A DNA stretch of 63,816 bases, filler included, from Hyphochytrium catenoides (lineage: Eukaryota > Protista > Hyphochytriomycota): assembly GCA_900088475.1 (NCBI GenBank). It is 14 parts of 14 records of this genome, joined end to end, with 100 filler letters (N's around TTAATTAATTAA, not from the genome) between each part and the next. Parts side by side here need not be neighbours in the genome. Positions count along the whole stretch, not along the records: positions 18,463 to 44,180 come from FLMG01003279.1; positions 44,281 to 46,843 come from FLMG01003173.1; positions 46,944 to 48,388 come from FLMG01002233.1; positions 48,489 to 50,260 come from FLMG01001428.1; 10 more parts are not named here. One strand, given 5' to 3'. Of the stretch, positions 36,764 through 48,585 are shown in pieces. The notes under the pieces were generated by a model, which was not told the DNA's origin, did not search any database, and saw nothing but the letters and a program-made list of their open reading frames with translations. The position numbers and the translations under genes were made by a program. The first letter of the stretch is position 1. Each line of letters starts with the position of its first letter.

Positions 36764-37590
36764 CCTTCACAGCCTCAGATTCTCCCACCTGGTCATTGGC
36801 CCATCAAGAGCTCCGTCCCTGCAGCAGTGAATGCCTCCTGCTTTCGCCTTTCTTTAAGCTCTTCGGCTTGGACCTGCGCGGCTCTCGGCTCGAGGGGCGT
36901 GAGGAGGAAGAGAGGAAGAAGAGAAGAGCCATGAAGAGATGAAGAGATGAAGATCCGCCCTACCGCGGGCAGCTCTTTGAGCTTATGCAGATCAACCCTT
37001 CATCCTTCCAGTGTCGCCAGCTGTTCGGTGTACATGTTCACCCTGCTGTCAGTTTCTTAGGGATTGTCGCTTCTTGAGCTATTACGAATCAGAGCATGTA
37101 ATAACCTCTAGATTAATGAATCTGTTTGGAGCTATTTAGGATGGTGTTGAATCAGCCAGCCAGCCATGCAGATGTGCGTAGAAAGGACACGAAAGCGAGA
37201 CAGAGACAGAGAGAGAGAGACGAGAGACGAGAGAGAGAGAGAGAGAGAGTCGAAACCGAGAGACAGAGAGAGAGAGAGGGGAGAGACAGAGAGAGGAGAG
37301 GGAGAGAAGAGAGAGAGAGAAAGAGAGAGGCGAGTAGAGAGGCGAAGATAATAAGGTAAAGGAGAGAGAGAGATTGCAGGGATGATGTTTATGATGAGAA
37401 GCAACCGAAAGAAGAAAGAAGCTTCGCCTCAGCAGACCAAGCTTCCCTCTCTCGCTACTTGACGCTGCGCCGTCCTCAGCACTTCTCACTTACCCGCAGC
37501 AGAGCTCTCAGTCACCAGACGGCAACTCCTCAGATCAGCGGATTCTTATAGAGAGTCATTGCCTGACAGTACGGACAGCCTTAGAGGCAC

Positions 37591-38130
37591 ATGGGGAAGC
37601 TGACGAAAGAAGAAGAGGTCAGGGGCCGGCCCGTAAGCGGGAGAGTGTGGAAGACTGTTCAGAAGCAAAGGTATGAACTCCGCCACATGTTTACTTCTTG
37701 GCATTGACCAGAGCTGAGTGAAACGGTGTAGATTCTCATCGGTTCGCACGAAAGCTGTGAAGGAGCTCAGCAGCACGTGGGACCAGAAGATGCAGAAAAG
37801 AAGAAAGCTGGAAGAGATTAAGGCACTAGAGCGAGAGATGAAAGAGAGAAAGGCACAGGAGAAGGAGGCAAGCCTGAAGGCCAAGGAAGAGCGCGAGAAG
37901 CGGCGGCTGGAGAACGAAATGAAGGCTACCAAGTTCCAAGTGGTAGGGAAACATGCTCTCAGCTAGCGGTCTCCGCCCTATTCTCAGCATCTAAATGTCT
38001 TCCCCTGTGCATGTAGATCTCAAAGACCGAGAAGCTGAAGACAATGAGCAAGAAGCAGCTGCGGATGATAAAGAAGACGCGCATGGGCAAGCACGGCGTG
38101 GTGGAGCTGGTTGGCGCGTACGAGAAGTAA
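37591..38130 (+). CDS. CCDC86: Cgr1/CCDC86-family ribosome biogenesis protein
   Basis: Exons 37591-37670, 37732-37942, 38017-38130: GRPVSGRVWKTVQKQRFS...STWDQKMQKR...EKRRLENEMKATKFQV|ISKTEKLKTMSKKQLRMIKK. Confidence 0.88.
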
Positions 38131-38248
38131 CAAGTCGGACGGGTCCGCACTTTATTTATTCAATGATGTGGCAGCTCCAGCTCCTTTTTGTCGGTCCTCT
38201 TTCCACTCTCACAGGGCTTGACGCGTCCTTAGAGCCCCAATGGTATCC

Positions 38249-39040
38249 TTAGAGCAGCTTCAGCTTATCTGTCACGCCGATGAAAAGTGACTCCGGCGCC
38301 GGCCCAATGCCAACCACGGTCTTTGAGCCACTTGCAATCTGAGTGCGGCCAGCATCCACCTAGCCAACATGCCGCCGTCAGACAAGATAGTAAAGGGATG
38401 AGTATATGAGCCGAAGGAGAAGGAAGCCGACACTTACCACTAAATAATGGTTTAGACCGCGCTCCCGTGCCGATTGAATAATAGCCGCTTGCTCTTCCTC
38501 ACTGTCGACCTTCACGGCCACTTTTGCCTGTCCCCAGTTCTCCCAGTTGCGCACATATTGCGGCGTTCGCTTGCACGCGCTCTTGTACGCCCCGAGCACG
38601 GCATGGCCGCACTGCGCTGCTATCTTGCCTGCATGCGTAGGAGAGCAACTCATTTGAGGATAAGATGTCCCGAGCTCCAGATTGGGGAGGACGACAACTA
38701 GCCCACCTTTCGTCATCTTGAGGTCCGTGCGCACCACGAGCACCATCTTGTGGCCCTCGCTTGACTGGCCATCTGACAACTCATCGTCATTGTCCGACTC
38801 ATCGTCCGTGGAGTCATCTTTAGCAGGCAGAGGCGCCCTTTGCACTACTCTTGAGATTGAGGAGGAAGGATGAGAGTCAATCTACTATGGGCCAACGACG
38901 AGTAGTGACGCGGTTCAGGTATCTATAGAGCAGGCGCACCTCTTCTGATAGGCGAACAACATGCACGCCGCCACAAGTGTCCCCGACAGACCAGCCATGA
39001 AGCAGGAGAGCATTGAGAAGGATACGTTGGCAGCAGCCAT
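38249..39040 (-). CDS. PTH2: Peptidyl-tRNA hydrolase 2 with N-terminal hydrophobic anchor
   Basis: [14 protein letters not shown]|[23 protein letters not shown]|[28 protein letters not shown]; ATG 39040 followed by a hydrophobic exon. Confidence 0.95.
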
Positions 39041-41309
39041 TTTTCTATCCCGGCAAGTCGGCCTCTATTTCAACGAACAGCTATCTACACCCGAGAGCGG
39101 GTCTCTATCAGAGAGCTTGTAATTGGACCAGACAATTGAAAGAAGACCTTCCTTCCCAGTACTGCCACGTCTTGCTGCTGGCTCGTGAGGGGATAGCTCT
39201 TGCCGCGTCCAATGGAAGAGCTTGTTATCGCTCCGAGGCGGCAGCAGGAGGGTAGCGACACTACTAAGTGTGGGTGTCAAGGACACCAAATCACCTGACC
39301 AAGAAGAAGCACTTAAGAAGTTGGTGGCAGCACGAACGGCCAGAAGGGAGAAAGGAGTTCCACCAGCAGCAAGCACAGCAAGGGCCCTTGTTCGGTTCCC
39401 TCTTTCTATCCTTCTGGTTGTTTATGCGCAAGCAAGGACCGCTTTAGGGCTTCCCCTGAACTCTCCGATTCTGAAGTAAATTTTCTCAAGCAGTTTCGTT
39501 GGGGTGTTCCTCTAGTAAAGGACCTGGAAGCGGCGATGACGTAGGTAAGGCGGCAGGACAATGGCGGCGCAGAGGCAAGAACCTTAGAAGGCGAAGTCGC
39601 TCGGTGGTGATAGTAAGGACAATGGCGCTGGCTGAGGATGAAGGAGGAGGAGAGCCAGCAGGGGGAAGAAGATCACCGGCAGTATCCTGCTGGTGGGCCG
39701 GGGCCATCATCCCCCAACACTCCTTCCCAAGCTGGGTGTTCCAGTCCTGGGGGATGACAGGTACTCTACTGTTACATACCCGCCGTACTGGTAGATGAGC
39801 GGTGCTCGGGTCGGTAGGTCCTGGGACAGCAAGCAGGGACAGCCAGCCAGCAGCCAGCAGTGTGCCGCGGCCTGTCTGGGGACGGATGATGATGATGCCT
39901 AGAGATGATGCCTGGGATCGCCGGTCCAACCGTCGCGTCCACCATGGAAGAGAATCCCTAGAGATAGTGCCATAGCTGCGGACGGAGCGGGAAGCTGCAG
40001 ACTGGAGAAGATGGTGGGAGAGCCGTTCTTCCCAGCGGGAGACAGAGGTCGTCTTGATTAGGAAGGAGAGGAGACCGCTGTCCTTCCGCCGTCTCTTCAG
40101 CTTCCACAGCATGACATGGAGGGGAATGGGAGGTGGAGAAGGAGGACGACGAACAAACCACTCCTATGCGGCGCTCGACCGCCAGCAGCAACAAGTAGCT
40201 GTGGTTTCTTCGCACGACCCGTTGATCCGCCGTCGTCCTTCTTCCTTTCCCGCGCTCTGCAGATTGATGACGACGGGCTAAGAAAGAGAGAGAGGAGGAG
40301 GAAGTGCAAGAGAGAGTATGAGAGAGACGGAGACGGAGGGAGGGAGGCTCGCTGAGAAAGAGAAGAAACTGATGATGATGACGGTAGAAGAGATGTTCCA
40401 ACTATTCTTTCCTGACAGTAAGAGAAGGCATGTTGGCCAGTTCTGTCTCTCTCTCTCTCTCTGTCCCCACTCTCTCTCTCTCTTTGTTTCTTCTCTGCCA
40501 AAATCTCCTCACTGCGTCCCCTTTTTGAATCTTTCCTTATTCTTCACTGCAGTTGGCGAGGCTCCCCATTATCGATCGAAGTCAGGTCCTCTCTCGTCCT
40601 CATTCGTCATCCAAATCCTCCTTCTTCCCGATCAGTAAGCTTCTTTCATCCTCTCCACTCACAATGGACAATCATGGACTTAAGTGAGCCCTTGGGGACT
40701 TTGCTTCACTGGTGACAATTCCTGAGCACACGCGAGGCCCAGGAGCTCAGGAAGAGATTCGCCTGGGAACTCGGCCAAGTCCTTAAGGCGAGACAGCCAG
40801 GGAAGATGAGGACTGTCGTTGTACGGTAAAGAGAAACATGAAGGAGAGGGGAGGAGGAGACAAAGGCAGAACCTTATAATATCGTCATCATCAACAGTCC
40901 CAGGAGGAAGACCTATCTTCTTCTTTCCTCCCCTCTCTCTCCCCTTCCTCTCTCTTTATCCCTCTTTCTCCTCTCTCTCTCTCTTTTTCTAACTCTCTCC
41001 ATCCCGCTTTCCATCTCCAGCTGGGCATCACTATTAACTATCACGACTGTTGGTGACTTCTCTGTGTATTACTCCTTTTACATTAGAACTCCTTTACTAT
41101 AAAGAATAAAGTGAGGTGACGGTGTGGACAAGGCCAATGCCCACGACCATTCCTCATCACGTTCCCTGCGTGTTATCATTTTGAAAACAGAGAGACTGGA
41201 GTTCCCACCTCACAGCTTGATCCTCAGCCTCCGCAGCAGCACTCTCCCTGGGTGGTGTGACGGCTCAAGGGAGGATTTAAGGCGTTTTCTCGTCTCCCTT
41301 CCCTGCCAG

Positions 41310-43049
41310 TCACCTTCTTTTTCGGCCAAAGCAGTCGGCATCCCCGAGGCAGCGGCAAAAGCCAGCGTTATTGAAGGTATTCGCAGGTATAGCGCGTTCC
41401 GAGATCATTGGAGAGTTGTTTCCGGTGAGAGCCTGTTGCGCAGAGGAAGGGATGGGAAGGTTCGCTTGGGCCATGCAGACTCTATAAACATCCTTCCTGA
41501 TCGACAGTACAGACGCAGTCTCTACGGCTGGTGGGGCTGACCCATATTTGGCAGCGTGCACCGTTTTATATTGGCGCTGGATGATGGTGGTGAGATCACT
41601 GTCCAGGGGACGTTTATCAAGCTCTTGCGGCTTCTGGAAAAGCTCAGCCCTCGCCCGGCGAAGGACGTCGTCGCGCATGGTGACATCGAGAGGTCGAGCT
41701 TCAAATCGAGCCGTAGCCGTATAGAGATATCCCATCCGCGCCTGGATGTCGACTAGCTCCATCCTCAGCGCGTCCACGCCAAAGAACTGGGTTCGTTCCC
41801 TGACGCGTGCAAGCCATTCGCCCATGTTACGGACTAGCGGTTGACTGAACTGCGCATCCTTCACCTTGACAAAGACTGGATTGAAGAGATAGTCCGGAGC
41901 TCTAACGCCGTCCCGGTTCACACTATTGCGAAAGATAGCGATTGACCTTTCGAATAGATACATGCTTTCTTGGTTGCAGGCCTGCTCGAAGGCTTCCTTG
42001 AAGACTTCTTCAGTGATCATCGAGTTAATAATCTCTTGAAACGACCTAGCACCCTTCAGCAGCCTGGACAGATACTTATGAAGGAAGTGCTGAAAGTCAT
42101 TTGGATTAAGAAGGATCAGTTTGACGCTAAGGTTCCTCATGACCGTTGCATAGAGATACCCAGGCGCAGAGAATCGGTCACGGTACTTCTGACTCGCGTA
42201 AAGAGTGCTCAGGCGCTTTAGGATGATGTTCATGTGCTCTGCCTTGAGCCCGTGATTTCGATGGGCGGCGGTCGGTCCAGCGACGTATCTAGTGGTTGCT
42301 TCATCCCCTGCGTTGCCTCCATACGAAGGGAAGACATTGCCTTGTGAGTTTCCGGACCCTCCCGATGCAGCACCTCCACCCGCATTGCCGCCGCCGCCTC
42401 CATTTCCATCGAAATCGTCTCTCCATCGTGTGAGAGCTTCAAATAGGATACCACGGACCATCCGTGCGAACATCCGGTTATAGTATTCAATCAAACGCTG
42501 GAGAAGCGCCCGCATTCTCTGGCGCTGATTCGGCGGCAGCTCCTGGAGAAGGTCGACGTCGATCCCCCTCTCGATGAACCCAGGGAAGAAGGCGAAAGGC
42601 ACCTGCTGTAGTCCGTGGGGGACTATGAGGTCATAGATCTCTTGCAGCTCCGGTTCGTTGTTGGGAGGCCTTGGGACCTGGATGACCGGAGGAAGGATCC
42701 GCCGTAACTCAGCAAGAAGGTTGTCTATGGCTGCTGGTGGGCCTCCCAGTAGCATACGCTTTGATGTCCTAAGCCTTGGCCAACCAGCGATCGTGTTCTC
42801 CAGCGAATAATGACTCTGCCCTTCAATCACCACCACTGAGTTGTCCGCTTCTTCACCGCTGCCGCTGCCGCAAACAAGTGATGGGATAAGCACCAGGAAG
42901 AGAACTAGCAGCAGATAACCAAGCCTGACCAGGCGACGGCCGCTCGAAGCCCTTGACGAGTAAAGCAGCCCCGAAGAGAACAGCTTATCAAGCGTAAACT
43001 TGGCTCCTCCTCTCCCTACTCCTCCATCAACGCTCGTAGCTTTCTTCAT
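41310..43049 (-). CDS. Intronless orphan protein (~579 aa from ATG 43049) with signal/TM segment and Gly-rich linker
   Basis: Long non-repetitive ORF; hydrophobic LGYLLLVLFLVLIPSLVCG; PRLRTSKRMLL; GNGGGGGNAGGGAASGGSG linker; helical C-terminal domain; no family recognised. Confidence 0.75.
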   Translation of the reverse strand: MKKATSVDGGVGRGGAKFTLDKLFSSGLLYSSRASSGRRLVRLGYLLLVLFLVLIPSLVCGSGSGEEADNSVVVIEGQSHYSLENTIAGWPRLRTSKRMLLGGPPAAIDNLLAELRRILPPVIQVPRPPNNEPELQEIYDLIVPHGLQQVPFAFFPGFIERGIDVDLLQELPPNQRQRMRALLQRLIEYYNRMFARMVRGILFEALTRWRDDFDGNGGGGGNAGGGAASGGSGNSQGNVFPSYGGNAGDEATTRYVAGPTAAHRNHGLKAEHMNIILKRLSTLYASQKYRDRFSAPGYLYATVMRNLSVKLILLNPNDFQHFLHKYLSRLLKGARSFQEIINSMITEEVFKEAFEQACNQESMYLFERSIAIFRNSVNRDGVRAPDYLFNPVFVKVKDAQFSQPLVRNMGEWLARVRERTQFFGVDALRMELVDIQARMGYLYTATARFEARPLDVTMRDDVLRRARAELFQKPQELDKRPLDSDLTTIIQRQYKTVHAAKYGSAPPAVETASVLSIRKDVYRVCMAQANLPIPSSAQQALTGNNSPMISERAIPANTFNNAGFCRCLGDADCFGRKRR

Positions 43050-44459
43050 CTTGAAAACGATCAGAGCAAGCACGCCGCTGCTGTTCTTACACTACGCTGG
43101 TGCCTGTCCTCCAGCGCCGCTGTTGCTGGGAGAAAAGCCGTAATTCTATTAAAGCGGATTCCTCTCCTTAGGGTGTGTNNNNNNNNNNNNNNNNNNNNNN
43201 NNNNNNNNNNNNNNNNNNNNNNNNNNNNNNNNNNNNNNNNNNNNNNNNNNCGATCGATCAACAAGGAGGAACCTGGAGGAGAACAGAGGACGTTGGACTG
43301 CAGCAGGGTCGGCTATGGTAATGGTGATCGAGTTTGCCCTCCTTGGCTGTAGTGGAAGGTCTCCCTCTTTCTCCCGAACTTTCCCGTTCAATTTCTCTCT
43401 CGTGCCCTCTCGTGGTCTCGCTCTCTCTCTTGCTCTCTTTCTCTCTCTTGCCCTCTCTTGCTGTCTGTTGCCCCTCGTAGCCTTCTAAGAACAGGATGCA
43501 TGCTCATTCAGAAATGCTGTGCGCTTTATTATCAGGATGCGGCCGTCAATAAAGACAAGTAAGCGGAATGCTTGATGTTGTTGGCTCTCATGCCAAACTC
43601 CTTCCAACCAATGAGTCACTCTAACTTGCCTCTCCCTCAACCCATTTCTTTTTTACCTGAGAAGGGACCAAATGTTTGACCTAGGCGATGCCCACCAGCC
43701 AGTAGGGAGGCTTCGGTCCTTGGACAAGCAACATGAAGTTGACCAGCGCCTTTCTCTTTTCTTCTTCTATTCTCTCTTACTTTGTCCTCCACATTCCTCA
43801 TCTCAGGAGGGAGGACGAGTTAAGAAGAAGAGGAGAGTCAAAAAGGATACGCGAAGCAAGCGAGGGGTCAGCAGCAGAAAGAGATAATGGAAGCACCTGC
43901 ATTAGCTAATATCACCTGCATCAGCCAACAACGGCCATCATTCTCCCTTCCTCCCTTTCTTCGTTTTTCCGCTTCATCCTTATTTTTTTGGTCCAAGGGA
44001 CGGGAGGGTGGACGTTTGGCTGGGCCATCCTGAGACAGGCGAGGCGCCTGAAGTGCCTGGAACAGCAGCGAGTAACAGACAACAGTCGCAGAAACGATAA
44101 AGAGGGAGGGAGAAAGAGACGGAGAAGTGGGGAGAGAGAGAGAGAGCGAGAGAGAGAGCGAGAGAGAGCGAGAGAGCGAGNNNNNNNNNNNNNNNNNNNN
44201 NNNNNNNNNNNNNNNNNNNNNNNNTTAATTAATTAANNNNNNNNNNNNNNNNNNNNNNNNNNNNNNNNNNNNNNNNNNNNAAAGGTCGCTATCCTCGGGT
44301 GTCCCTTTCTGTCTTTCAATGCCTCTCACACTTCTTATCCCTAGACTTTCATTTCTCTCTTGCTCTCTCTTCCTCTCTCTCTTGGTCTCTGTTTTCCTCT
44401 CTCTACCTCGCTCTTGGCTACGTTCTGACTCTTTTCGCCTCTCTCTCCGCACTCGCTCC

Positions 44460-44568
44460 CGATGCTTTAGCCCATCCATTAACTTGGACGGGTGGATGCT
44501 AGGAGAGGAAAACACAGTCTACTGCTTCCGGAGAAATGCCTCTACGGCTGACATTGTAAGTCTCTCTT

Positions 44569-44611
<43 letters not shown>

Positions 44612-44739
44612 GTCTCTGTGCCAGTCACGCTCTTCTAACCTTCAGTCCCGTACAGAGCGTCATTGAAGGGATGATGGGGCTCTATGACTCCAGAGACGGG
44701 AAGACAGAGGATGGATCTACGGCTCAGGTTGCTAAGTGG
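44460..44739 (+). CDS. Internal exons of an unidentified gene
   Basis: ...SPSINLDGWMLGEENTVYCFRRNASTADI|gtaag...cag|SVIEGMMGLYDSRDGKTEDGSTAQVAK|gtgag; in-frame splice sites, no family recognised. Confidence 0.4.
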
Positions 44740-45025
44740 TGAGACCTAGCCGAGAGAGAGAGAGAATAAAAGAGAGAGAGAGAGAGAAAGAGAGAGAGAA
44801 CACGAGGAGGCCGGGTTGAACATTGTTTAGTGCGCTCTCCTCCTCGCTTCTGTCCCATCCACATGCAACCTGCTCATTTCTCCTGTCTCCTTCCTTTAAC
44901 GCTCTCCTAGCGGTCTTCCTACCTCTCCTATCATCATAGCCCTCTCTCTCTCTCTCTCTCTCTCTCTCNNNNNNNNNNNNNNNNNNNNNNNNNNNNNNNN
45001 NNNNNNNNNNNNNNNNNNNNNNNNN

Positions 45026-45255
45026 CTCTTTCCTTCTCTCTCTCTCTCTCTCTTTTCTGGTCTCTCTCTCTGCCTCTTTCTCTCTCTCTCTCTATGTCTC
45101 TCTCTCTCTCTCTCTCTTTTCTGGTCTCTCTCTCTGCCTCTTTCTCTCTCTCTCTCTATGTGTCTCTCTCTCTCTCTTTTCTGGTCTCTCTCTCTGCCTC
45201 TTTCTCTCTCTCTCTCTCTCTCTATGTCTCTCTCTCTCTATGTCTCTCTCTCTTC
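45026..45255. repeat. Compound microsatellite with ~3 tandem copies of a ~60-70 bp higher-order unit (…TTTTCTGGTCTCTCTCTCTGCCTCTTTC…CTATGT…)
   Basis: CTGGTC...TGCCTC...TATGT landmarks recur at ~45057, 45121, 45181. Confidence 0.8.
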
Positions 45256-46149
45256 TCTGCATTTTTCCTGTTTCTTCACTCCGGTCTCTCGCGCTGGGCC
45301 GCATGCTCCTTCTTCTCTCCTTCTCCTTGAGCTGAGGTGGTGACCATGCAGGCTCCACGCGCCAGTTATCCTTGTTCTCGATGCAAACACTCTGGCTCGC
45401 AGTGCGGCGGCCATGGTGCTTGGTTACAAGGTCTCTCTTTATATCTCTCGTTTATATTTGCTATTAGACTTCGTGCGATCCCGGATGTCGACTTTCTCTC
45501 CTTCTCTCTGTCTCTCTGTCTCTCTCTCTCTTCTTCTTCTTCTTCCCCTCTTTCTCCCCACAGCTCTCTCCGCCGTTCTCTTTCTCATTGAGGCTTCTTA
45601 TCAGGAGTGTCGTTATGGAAGGCAGAAGATTCTTTCAATCTCATAGTAGGCCCCATCTCTCTCCTCTCTGTGTGCGTCTCTCTCTCTCTCTCTCTTGTTC
45701 TTCCTGCCTCATTCTTTGTTAGCTCTTCGACCCTGCAGTACATTTCCTTGGCGTCGTGCTGAATAACGTGGCGAGTGCGTCGCATGGTCAATGGCTGAGA
45801 GAGGCGGTGGAGCATGGTCTCAAGGGCAAGCTTGAAGGCGGCGAGATCCCGCCCGTTCTTGGGCTTCTAGAGCGCTGTGCGGATGTTGAGGTTCCTGAGC
45901 GACATCTCGGNNNNNNNNNNNNNNNNNNNNNNNNNNNNNNNNNNNNNNNNNNNNNNNNNNNNNNNNNNGTCTAAGATTTGGAAAGCCAAGAAGAAGAAGG
46001 ATAGCTGTTCACTGGCTGGCTGCAGAGAGAAGCTCACCTCGCTGTCATCGCAGAGCTTGAACAGCTTGATCCGCGCCCTTCTCTCTTTGGTTTGAGGTGG
46101 GACAACCATCAAGGCTCTTTCTCTTCCTCTTCTGCTTCAGTGGGAAAGA

Positions 46150-46730
46150 ATGGACCAAAAGGCGTCAGCACTTCGCTTCGACGGCAAAGTAGCCGTCGTT
46201 ACTGGCGCAGGGTTGGGCCTTGGCCGCACTTTCGCTCTTCACCTCGCAGCAAGAGGCGCGAAGGTCGTGGTAAACGACTTGGGCAGCAGCCACACGGGCA
46301 CGGGCTCCAGCACGAGAGTGGCGGATGATGTGGTGGCAGAGATCAAGGCAAAGGGAGGCATCGCTGTGGCGAACTATGAGTACGTGCGATCCATTCCTGA
46401 GTAGACTTCTCCCGCCATTGTTTGCCGGCGCTCTCTCCTTCTCTTTCTCTTCGAATTGCTTGCCCTTTCTGCTTCCTCTCTTCTTCTTCAGCTCCATATC
46501 TTCTCTCTCTCACCCTGACAGTGGCGACGCTGACCTCACCCGTGCTCTCAAAGCTCCGTAGAGAATGGCGCTGCGGTGATTCAGAGCGCCATCGATGCCT
46601 TTGGAAGAGTGGACATCCTAATCAATGTAGGGCAGCAGCTTGCGTCATCTCGTTCTTCTCTTGTCTTGGACTCCGTCTTCTCCTTTACTGCCTCTTCTCT
46701 CTTTTCTCTTTCTCTCTCTCTCTCTCGCTT

Positions 46731-46763
<33 letters not shown>

Positions 46764-46843
46764 TTCTCTCTCTCTTCCACCCGCCTGTTCTCATAAACGC
46801 TTGCAGAATGCAGGAGTGCTGCGGGACGTGTCCTTCGTCAAGA
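46150..46843 (+). CDS. HSD17B4: Peroxisomal multifunctional enzyme type 2 / hydroxyacyl-CoA dehydrogenase SDR domain (HSD17B4/FOX2-like), 5' part
   Basis: [19 protein letters not shown]...[11 protein letters not shown]...[20 protein letters not shown]|SVENG...[13 protein letters not shown]|[12 protein letters not shown]; truncated by spacer. Confidence 0.92.
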
Positions 46844-47813
46844 NNNNNNNNNNNNNNNNNNNNNNNNNNNNNNNNNNNNNNNNNNNNTTAATTAATTAAN
46901 NNNNNNNNNNNNNNNNNNNNNNNNNNNNNNNNNNNNNNNNNNNCTCTCTCTTCTTCTCGCTCCTCTTCTCTTCTCATCTCTGCTCTGGGGATATGGAGAA
47001 GGGTGGTCCTTTCTGCTGCTGTTTGAGAAGGAAGATAAAGCGGAGCAAGGAGAGTGCTAGACAGAGAGAGTGATAGCAAGAACACGAGACTGGGCAGCCA
47101 AATAAGGAAGCGGCTAAAGGAGAAACGGAGGAACAGCCTAGGAATCAGCGGACCAAATGAAAGAGTTGCTGCCATCGAAGCAAACGCCCCGGTGAAGGAG
47201 AGAGAGAGAGGAGAGAAAGAGAGAGGGGGAGAGAGGAAGAGAGAGGCGCGGGGAGAGAAGAAAAGAGAGAGAAGAGAGAGAGAGAGAATCACAGAGAGAG
47301 AGAATCACAGAGAGAGAGAAAGAGAAACAAAGAGAGAGAGAGAGAGAGAAGCACATCACCCTAGAAAGGAGAAATGTCACACCGAAAGGGATCGACTCGC
47401 CTCAAAGAAACAGGAAACGGAAGAGAGTGAAGCACATCCGAGAAATCCGTGACTGAGAGGAAGACAATTGATTAAGAGATATTCTTTCAAGGGTCGAGGC
47501 GAAGGATAGTCAGACACACCCAGGAAGGAGCAACAAAAGGAGAGAGAGAAAGGGTGACCGCATGCAGACATGAGAGAAAGAGCAAGCTATATGATAATAT
47601 AGAGAGAGCTCATGAAAGAAAGTACACGCTGAAGGAACTTGTGGCTAAGATGCTGCCCGTTACGTTGTCAGACGAGGAAGTTGATAGTGGAGGTGAATCT
47701 CTGCCATTCTATGAAAACAGGCAAGAGATTTTCTCTTCACTCTGATGTGTCTGCCTCTCCCTAAGAAGAAATGTAGTCTCCTCCTCTCTCGAAAAAACAC
47801 CTCGAATAAGTAG

Positions 47814-47866
<53 letters not shown>

Positions 47867-48585
47867 TCGCCTGCTGTATAGCAACGCTAGCTGTCTCCCT
47901 TCCTTTTCACTGCGAAGCCTTCTAAGCCTGACTTCCAGATCTTCTCTGTCATGCCATCGGGACAGTAGACACAATGCACTCCGAGGCGAGAGACGGTGCG
48001 GCAGTTCCCCATCTCATTGTCAAAGAAGATCATATCTTCATAGTCAATGCCTGTCTGACGGTGCAATGACTGGAAATGACGGTCCTGGAGTAGAAGCAGA
48101 GCGGAAGAAGACGTTAGAGAGACATGACAATTGGAGAGAGAAAGGAAGAAGAAAAAGGTGCATCAATGATAGGCCAGCGCAAAGAGCAATAAGAAGCGAG
48201 GACAGATACAAACAGAATCCAAGAGAGAGAGGCAAACAGAGACAGAGAGCGGAAAGAGAGTAAGAGAGAGAGAGAGAGAGACAGAGAGAGAGGCAAATGA
48301 GTATTGAAAAGGAATGCAAAAAGTACGGAAGAAAGGTTCAGCTCATCCTTCTCCTCCATCCTACCCCTCTCTCTCTCTCTCTCTCTCTNNNNNNNNNNNN
48401 NNNNNNNNNNNNNNNNNNNNNNNNNNNNNNNNTTAATTAATTAANNNNNNNNNNNNNNNNNNNNNNNNNNNNNNNNNNNNNNNNNNNNAGCAATAGGGCA
48501 CACAGAAGGGTCCCTTAACAAGCAACAGGGGCCGCCAAAGTATTTGAAACGAGCAAGTAATGACGTGCAGCGACATCTCTCAGAC

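Noticed and set aside
18463-44180. Functional gene cluster (RlmN, RPB10, CCDC86, PTH2 as an RNA/translation operon-like unit)
   Set aside because: Mixed strands, interspersed unrelated genes and ordinary housekeeping functions; genes on other contigs cannot be assumed linked
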